Shown in pieces: positions 19,001 through 23,714 of a stretch of DNA of 25,631 nt. The stretch is from IMG/VR virus record IMGVR_UViG_3300030708_002674, positions 1 to 25,631 of that record. One strand, 5' to 3'. Origin of the DNA: a virus (taxonomy: Duplodnaviria > Caudoviricetes). The notes beneath the pieces are model-generated. The model saw only the letters and a list, made by a program, of their open reading frames with translations. It had not been told where the DNA came from and did not search any database. The translations under genes were made by a program, and so were the position numbers. Numbering within the stretch: position 1 is the stretch's first letter; each line of letters begins with the position of its first letter.

Positions 19001-20524
19001 GATACATTATATCTCACAAACGTTCAGGGCGAATTTGGTGCAAATGGAACTGGACATGAATTTGCAGTTCAAACTGCTGGTTCTGGAATCGGAATAAGTT
19101 ACTATAGTGATGCTACAACTATTGTTGCTATCGGTGGAACTCACATTATCTCATCTGAAGCAGATGGTGGAGTTAATACTGGAGAATATCTGGAGGTTGA
19201 GCACTACAATCATGGAATGTACTCTAATACAAATAAACTTGTAATAGACAATATTCGTTCCGATATTCCACCTACAAGACTGAGTGCAACTCTTGCATCT
19301 GATGAAACCACTACTATTAATGTTGTTGATTCTACAAACTTTGCTACTTTTGAGGGAGTTCCTGTAAGTAGTTCTAATAAAGGATTGGTTAAAATTGGAG
19401 ATGAACTGATATCATATGAAGGAACTGGAAGTGGAACTTTAACTATTGCAACTAGAGGTGCACTTGGCACAAAATCAATTGAACATTCTATTAACAAGTC
19501 TGTTGAAAAATATGAAATAGGTGGAGTTTCCTTATCAAGAATTAGTGGGATTACGACTTCTATTGTTGAACCTATAGAAATCGACAGATATCATTTGAAG
19601 ATCAACAGAACTGATAGAGCCACAGACGGTGATTTGACTGTTGGATCGGATAGTTATCCACAACTTTCATTTAATGATGAAAAGTTAGTTGGTGGGGATA
19701 AAGTTTCTGCAACTCAAAACTTTATCTTTGATACTATTATTCCATCCTATAATGTATTGTCACCAGGTGAAGAAACTAATGTTTCTGCAAGAATTAGAAC
19801 AATAACTGCCACTAGTGTAGATGGTACAGAAGTATCATTCAATGATAATGGATTTGAACGTGTTCAAATAAATCAACCAAATGCATTAAATTCTGTAAGA
19901 ATGATTGCATCTGATGTAAATGAAAGAGAATACTTGACGGCACTTCCTAGAAATAAATCATTGACAACAGCAATTACGTTTGACTCTACTGATGAAAATA
20001 AGATGCTGTCACCTATTTTATATTTGGATAGTGCAGCAAGTATTTTAAACATCAACCGTGTTAATAAACCAATTACCGACTTTACTGGTGATAACAGAGT
20101 AAATTCTGTAGTAGATGATCCACATGCTTCTGTATATTATTCTGAGATAGTAAACTTAGAAAATCCCGCAGATTCACTTAAAGTCATTATTGCTGCCGAA
20201 AGACCAGAGGGTGCAGATTTCAGAGTTCTTTACACAACCAGAAAAGCAGATTCTGCTGAAATTGAACAATCATATGAGTTGTTCCCAGGTTATGATAATC
20301 TGAAGCAAACAACCGAAGGATTATTGGTTGTTGATGAATCTAAGAATAGTGGTCTTCCTGATAGGAGAGTTTCGACAAGTAGAGATGGTGAGTTCTTAGA
20401 ATATGAATTTACTGCTAACAATTTGGATCTATTTAATTCTTACGGAATTAAAATTGTAGTTTCGGGAACCAATCAAGCAGCAGTTCCACGTTTTGCAGAT
20501 CTTAGAGTTATTGCAATCAGATGA
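13019..20524 (+). CDS. Large virion structural protein, VrlC/DUF4815-like, 2501 aa
   Basis: N-terminal TNLNISPYYDDFD..KNFLKVLFKPG.PIQSRELTTLQSILQNQ, plus PGADRL, RTFDESGNY, RRYTMRDIG.LE.RV..LE..T.LSLLE, DRFKSGFFV, DPLAQTF, GSLFKSQNGSIW and C-terminal P.F.DLRVIA. These match the VrlC/DUF4815-type proteins found after gp8 in cyanomyoviruses. Confidence 0.8.
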   Translation: MSQKTNLNISPYYDDFDSSKNFLKVLFKPGYPIQSRELTTLQSILQNQVQEFGTHMFKEGSVVIPGNLVYDGQFYAVKLNAVQSGVDVSLYVDELVGKTVTGDISGITAKVQKVVLPTESDDVEYITLYVKYLGSDENFEFTQFVDGETLSSTENIVYGNTTIVAGSPFASTISSESTAIGSAASIGEGVYFIRGYFVKVAQETILLDYYTNTPSYRVGLQISETIVNAKEDESLYDNAKGFSNFASPGADRLRITLSLSKRDLTDTNDTNFVELLRVRQGKVKKVSTKTSYNLIRDYLAERTFDESGNYTVRPFDVNLENSLNDRLGNNGTFLDSEKTDEGNVPSDDLASIKISEGKAYISGYDISKGVESILDVEKPRDTDTIKNVSVPFNMGNILRVNTVTNVPALRKTVDLYGQLNQGGVVIGQARVYSFNLTDAAYADNTTSFDLRLYDIQTYTDISVNKDLTVTESDFVKGKSSGATGFVTASNVGARFFVRQTSGNFAKGEQLIVNGVDSGKTVVSTLAFNTQNIKSVKQTNPHSTGTDFTANSILESFSIPLSNRDVKLQVASAGVSTMTMTPVPFTGISTSTIVRYQKEGQLVETFNKVKVVGAGGTSLELEAIASVAGVFDGTLVTGSDVVTRARLGAPIIRGNGSLFAELPENNTSSIDLSSSQLYFIDQITGKTISGNTLTVNTSDLTGTPTNSSWVNFDQERFTLTNSSGVIAPLSSDAFSQTSSVVTIKGLTNSSNNVVNVTALKSGIQSKTKNYDRSRVIFVSGSKLSESGSGIATTKNDGLSYVKYYGLRVQDEEISLNYPDVAKVVAIYESLDTGNPTLDVFRFPVVANVGTNAIIGENIIGSTSGAVARIVSNNTTTPATSNANDLGVVYLNDKTFSTGETIKFEESNITTTLDSIDPGSYSNITTLYKLNRGQKREYYDYSRIVRNKNAEQPSRRLMIVFDHYTVPSNDDGDVFTVNSYDVERFASDIPNIGGVVRASDTLDFRPRVATFNASGASASPFDFVSRTSTFNTIPVRLLAPDEQSVVDQTFYLPRIDKVFLDKNGKFIVKKGESAKDPKPPQDLGNNFLELGVIEYPAYLYDPSDALITLTDSRRYTMRDIGDLENRVESLEKVTTLSLLEVSAQTLQVRDADGNDRFKSGFFVKDFSNATDAGEFLSTTLVDEQSGTLNPNIASNSSDSLLGTKENTSIQDLELQLDKYSTPTLELFDENIQKTGEALTLKYDEVDWLEQSFATKVENVNPFQIVVYDGVVELFPEVDSWTRTVQLADRNVNLGVTRTNNVNLVNNLNQNLTSSVRVAGRTVRRGRGRLIRRTSRDVTTTTGNTSSSSSSTATGSFDTVDTTIRNEVVGTPDELFMRSRNYQFKASNLKPNTRYYQFINFRSNVDVVPKLLEISPNSDLSGTGSSGAFLPGETVVGSSSDGTQIIRVRVSTPNEKIGMFAAGSGSFLNPRNVFDINPYSPTQSLGSSYSSSSSVLNIDTASLARSATNEFSGYVEKGTLLVGQTSGAVAYVKDIRLITDNYGDVQGTFFIRDPHANPRPEVRITTGTKTYRLSSSPTNDKGLPGSNAISFAEANFTATASLLQFRATVTSQTTRTNISSTVNLNTNLTTQRVQRVTTETYADPLAQTFTVGGNIQVKSDIDTDDDVNGVFLTSVDLFFATVDSGNAPLRVEVRTTELGTPTLTTIGKPVILTPFETINVDGVPTRTQVIQTSSTGEVATNVRFPEPIFLAPGAEYAIVLVSDQSDEYEVWTAVMGEKTVNTQNLPNVDQVIYSKQFALGSLFKSQNGSIWTTDQNQDMKFKLYKAEFAATSGTAYFYNSPVNTTSNQDRPLSVNPIRVLPKTGRIGIVTTTNAQFDQVIFVGRKLAGVNGRNGSAIVSAIGGPVTGVTLTEAGANYPASVTNEVVSTYNITGKGKNLKVKITTDANGVITGVTHDSTNPNDGSGYQEGDVVGIQTSTTSSVTGRDAVITINAVTGKDTLYLTNVQGEFGANGTGHEFAVQTAGSGIGISYYSDATTIVAIGGTHIISSEADGGVNTGEYLEVEHYNHGMYSNTNKLVIDNIRSDIPPTRLSATLASDETTTINVVDSTNFATFEGVPVSSSNKGLVKIGDELISYEGTGSGTLTIATRGALGTKSIEHSINKSVEKYEIGGVSLSRISGITTSIVEPIEIDRYHLKINRTDRATDGDLTVGSDSYPQLSFNDEKLVGGDKVSATQNFIFDTIIPSYNVLSPGEETNVSARIRTITATSVDGTEVSFNDNGFERVQINQPNALNSVRMIASDVNEREYLTALPRNKSLTTAITFDSTDENKMLSPILYLDSAASILNINRVNKPITDFTGDNRVNSVVDDPHASVYYSEIVNLENPADSLKVIIAAERPEGADFRVLYTTRKADSAEIEQSYELFPGYDNLKQTTEGLLVVDESKNSGLPDRRVSTSRDGEFLEYEFTANNLDLFNSYGIKIVVSGTNQAAVPRFADLRVIAIR

Positions 20525-20715
20525 TTAAAGTAAAGGGACATTCAAATTTATATCGTGATGAAGAAACCGGTGCCATCATTAATAGTGATGTTACTGGTTA
20601 TAATCAATATGTAAATTCTATTGAAACAAAAAATTTACGTAGGAAAGAGTTGGATGAAATGAAAAAAGATATTGATGAAATAAAATCTTTACTCCGTGAG
20701 ATCTTAAACAAATAG
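20521..20715 (+). CDS. Small hypothetical phage protein, 64 aa, with C-terminal coiled coil
   Basis: ATGA overlap with the upstream stop. KVKGHSNLYRD..TGAIIN is followed by a heptad-like helix ELDEMKKDIDEIKSLLREIL. Similar small ORFs follow VrlC-like genes in cyanophages (recognition, not searched). Confidence 0.8.
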   Translation: MIKVKGHSNLYRDEETGAIINSDVTGYNQYVNSIETKNLRRKELDEMKKDIDEIKSLLREILNK

Positions 20716-20732
20716 GGTGCTGTTGAAATTAA

Positions 20733-20740
20733 TATAAATA
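20733..20740 (+). promoter_or_regulatory. T4-type late promoter TATAAATA
   Basis: Exact TATAAATA in the 53-bp intergenic gap, 28 nt upstream of the ATG at 20769. Confidence 0.88.
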
Positions 20741-20768
20741 GCTTAAGGTATATTAGCATCATAAAATA

Positions 20769-21104
20769 ATGGCTGTTTATGTATCCAACATTGTGATTGA
20801 ACAAGGATTTGATTTCGATACATCCTTTCAGTTGGAGGACACACGGACCAATTCACCTTTAGTTTTGACTGATGCGACTACAGAAGCACAGTTGAGAAAA
20901 TATTATGGTTCATCTACAGCAGTATCTCTCGGATCTACAATAACTAGTCCTGATCTGGGTATTATTTCTATATCTTTGACTGGTGCTCAATCAGTCAATT
21001 TGAAACCTGGAAGATATGTGTTTGATGTAAAGATTACAAATGCTGGTAGAGAATACAAAGCTGTAGAGGGCGCAGCACTAGTACGAGGGGGAGTAACCAG
21101 GTAA
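20769..21104 (+). CDS. Small virion structural protein, 111 aa; predicted beta-sandwich, possible fibre adaptor (BppU-N/LtfC-like)
   Basis: Pattern NIVIEQGFDF...F......PL.LT.....AQLRK......GIISISLT..QS..LKPGRYVFDV.I......KAVEG...V..GVT is typical of small Ig-like phage fibre-attachment proteins. It follows a late promoter. The function is inferred. Confidence 0.65.
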   Translation: MAVYVSNIVIEQGFDFDTSFQLEDTRTNSPLVLTDATTEAQLRKYYGSSTAVSLGSTITSPDLGIISISLTGAQSVNLKPGRYVFDVKITNAGREYKAVEGAALVRGGVTR

Positions 21105-22843
21105 TGCCTAATATTAACGATAGGATTGGTTCTCAGAATGTAATCCGCGTTTTATCTAACGCATCGGCACCACCAACACGATTAGTCAACTTAACTGATG
21201 TAGACTCCACTCTAAAAACTAGAGATGGAATGATTCTTGTCTGGGATCTTGCGACAGAATCGTTCTACATGACGGATACGATTGATTCGTCAACTTTGGT
21301 AATTACTGGTATTGCCACATTTTCCAATACGACAAATTCTACAGCACCGACAAATGGTGCTTTAATTGTTAGTGGTGGACTTGGTGTCGCAAAACACGTA
21401 AACATTGGTGAAGGACTTACAGTTGCAGGAGTTTCGACTTTTGCATCTGATTTAGATATAAATGCTGCTGTTGACATATTAAATGGAGTAACTGTAAACT
21501 CCACATTCAAGTCAGTTGGTGTTACAACGTTATCTTCTTCTGGTGGCATCACAACCACTGGAGGAGATCTTTATGTTGGTGGAGATCTATATGTACTTGA
21601 TGATGTTAAATATGATGAAGTAAATGGCAGAAACCTCAATATTACTGGTATTGCCACAATAGGCACTACCTTAGATGTTAACGGAACATTAGATGTTGAT
21701 GGTAGAACTGAACTTGATATCACTAACATTGCTGAGACACTGAATGTAGTTGGTATCTCCACATTTGCATCTGATGTAGATATTAATGCAAGTATTGATG
21801 TTGATGGTAGAACTGAGTTAGATATAACCAATATTGCTGAGACACTTAATGTTGTTGGCATATCTACATTTGCATCTGATGTAGACATTAATGCCTCTGT
21901 TGATATTGATGGGCATACTGAACTTGATAATTTAAATGTATCAGGTGTATCAACATTTGCTAGTGCTGTTGATGTCAATTCGACTGCAACTTTTGGTGAT
22001 GATGTAACCTTTGAAACTGCAAATACAAATAATATCGTCTTTGATAAATCTGCCAATGATTTAACATTTGGTGATAATGTCACTGCCAAGTTTGGTAGTG
22101 GTGGAGATTTAAACATATATCATAACGGAACTAATAGCTACATTGATAATAATACCGGACCTCTTTACATTAGAAATAATGTTGATGATGACGATGGTAG
22201 TAATATTATTATTGAGGCTAAGTCAGGAAAAGCATCAGCAGTTTTCCAAGATGACGAAGGTGTTAGACTTTACTTTGATAACGCACAGAAATTTGAAACC
22301 ACTGCCAATGGTATAAACGTAACAGGACATGTTGAAACTGATACGTTAAATGTTTCGGGTCTCTCTACATTTGTAGGCAACGCATCGTTTGCAGGTAATG
22401 TTTCTATTGCAGGAACATTGACTTATGAAGACGTAACCAATGTTGATTCGATTGGATTTATCACAGCAAGAAGTGGAATTCATATTGGAAGTCCAAGTAT
22501 TGGATCGACATTAACATCTAGTGGTGATTTATTAATGAGTAGAAACCTGCGAGTTGCGGGTGTTTCTACTTTTGTTGGAGTCGGTACATTCCAAAATGAT
22601 CTTTACGTTGGTGGAGATCTCTATGTTTCTGACGATGTAACTATTGATGAACTGAATGTACGTGATGCGAACATAACAGGTATTGCTACCATTGCAACCT
22701 TATTAGATGTAACGGGACATGCCGAGTTAGACACATTAAATGTATCAGGTGTATCTACGTTTGTAGGCATTGCAACATTCTCAAATAACGTATTTGTTGT
22801 GGGAACACTTGATGCAGGACTTATTGATGGAGGAGAATTCTAA
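21104..22843 (+). CDS. Fibre-like structural protein, 579 aa, with (L)NV.G(I/V)STF repeats
   Basis: N-terminal L.NLTDVD.....DGMILVWD, many GIATF/GVSTF/GISTF repeats, cyanophage fibre modules DLNIYHNGTNSYI, LYFDNAQKFETT..GINVTG and GTLTYEDVTNVDSIG.ITAR, and C-terminal IDGGEF. TAATG overlaps at both ends. Confidence 0.72.
   Translation: MPNINDRIGSQNVIRVLSNASAPPTRLVNLTDVDSTLKTRDGMILVWDLATESFYMTDTIDSSTLVITGIATFSNTTNSTAPTNGALIVSGGLGVAKHVNIGEGLTVAGVSTFASDLDINAAVDILNGVTVNSTFKSVGVTTLSSSGGITTTGGDLYVGGDLYVLDDVKYDEVNGRNLNITGIATIGTTLDVNGTLDVDGRTELDITNIAETLNVVGISTFASDVDINASIDVDGRTELDITNIAETLNVVGISTFASDVDINASVDIDGHTELDNLNVSGVSTFASAVDVNSTATFGDDVTFETANTNNIVFDKSANDLTFGDNVTAKFGSGGDLNIYHNGTNSYIDNNTGPLYIRNNVDDDDGSNIIIEAKSGKASAVFQDDEGVRLYFDNAQKFETTANGINVTGHVETDTLNVSGLSTFVGNASFAGNVSIAGTLTYEDVTNVDSIGFITARSGIHIGSPSIGSTLTSSGDLLMSRNLRVAGVSTFVGVGTFQNDLYVGGDLYVSDDVTIDELNVRDANITGIATIATLLDVTGHAELDTLNVSGVSTFVGIATFSNNVFVVGTLDAGLIDGGEF
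21692..21901 (+). repeat. Two tandem 105-bp (35-codon) in-frame repeats, followed by a shorter degenerate third copy to ~21982
   Basis: DVDGRTELDITNIAETLNVVGISTFASDVDINAS(I/V) at 21692-21796 and 21797-21901. By hand count 34/35 aa and 89/105 nt are identical. Confidence 0.95.
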
Positions 22844-23709
22844 TGGCAAAACCCACTACCAGAGATGAACTAAAAGAGTATTGTCTCAGACAACTTGGTG
22901 CACCAGTTTTAGAAATAAACGTTGCTGATGAGCAAATTGATGATTTACTGGACGATACTCTTCAGTATTTTAATGAGAGACATTATGATGGTGTAGAAAA
23001 AACTTTCTTAAAATATCAAATTACCCAGGATGATATTAACCGTGGAAGGGGTAGTGGATCGGGTTCTGTAGGGGTTACAACAACTGGAGTGGGTATTGTT
23101 ACTACAACAGGAACTTCGACTAATGTATCTGGTCTGGGAACGGTTACATCAAACTTTTATGAAACATCAAATTTCATTCAAGTTCCAGATTCTGTAATTG
23201 GTATCGAAAAAATATTTAAGTTTGACACTAGTAGTATTTCTGGTGGAATGTTTAGTATCAAATATCAATTATTTTTGAATGACTTATATTTCTTCAATTC
23301 TGTGGATTTATTGACTTATAGGATGACTAAATCTTATTTGGAAGATATTGATATGTTGTTGACTACAGACAAGCAGATTAGATTCAATCAAAGACAAAAT
23401 AGATTGTATCTTGATATTGATTGGGATGCACAAGAAGCAAATAATTTCTTAGTTATTGAATGCTACAGAGCATTAGATCCTACAGACTATTCAAAAGTAT
23501 TCAATGATAGTTTTGTTAAAAAATATCTTACTGCTGCAATTAAAAAGCAATGGGGTCAAAATCTAATTAAGTTTCAGGGAGTAAAACTTCCAGGTGGTAT
23601 TGAATTAAATGGTAGAGCTATATATGAAGATGGTCAGAGAGAATTGGATGAAATAAGGCAAAGAATGTCATCCGATTATGAACTTCCACCTATGGATCTT
23701 ATTGGTTAA
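22843..23709 (+). CDS. gp13: Neck protein (T4 gp13-like, head-tail adaptor), 288 aa
   Basis: PTTRDELKEYCLRQLGAPVLEINV..EQIDD......QYF.E.HYDG, and C-terminal K.QWGQNLIKF.GV.LPGGIELNG..IY..G, are hallmark gp13 motifs. Confidence 0.95.
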   Translation: MAKPTTRDELKEYCLRQLGAPVLEINVADEQIDDLLDDTLQYFNERHYDGVEKTFLKYQITQDDINRGRGSGSGSVGVTTTGVGIVTTTGTSTNVSGLGTVTSNFYETSNFIQVPDSVIGIEKIFKFDTSSISGGMFSIKYQLFLNDLYFFNSVDLLTYRMTKSYLEDIDMLLTTDKQIRFNQRQNRLYLDIDWDAQEANNFLVIECYRALDPTDYSKVFNDSFVKKYLTAAIKKQWGQNLIKFQGVKLPGGIELNGRAIYEDGQRELDEIRQRMSSDYELPPMDLIG

Positions 23710-23714
23710 TAGTT

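Noticed and set aside
3-20524. Inteins, introns or homing endonucleases as an explanation for the giant ORFs
   Set aside because: I saw no intein splice motifs (C...HN-C/S/T with Hint blocks) and no LAGLIDADG, HNH or GIY-YIG signatures. The size is explained by structural repeats.
13019-20524. Virulence factor interpretation of the VrlC-like gene
   Set aside because: The name comes from a phage-like locus of Dichelobacter nodosus. The context here is purely virion structural genes.
21692-21982. Repeats as a CRISPR array or diversity-generating retroelement TR/VR pair
   Set aside because: The repeats are in-frame, adjacent and without spacers. Differences are almost all synonymous and not adenine-specific, and there is no reverse transcriptase or cas gene in the window.
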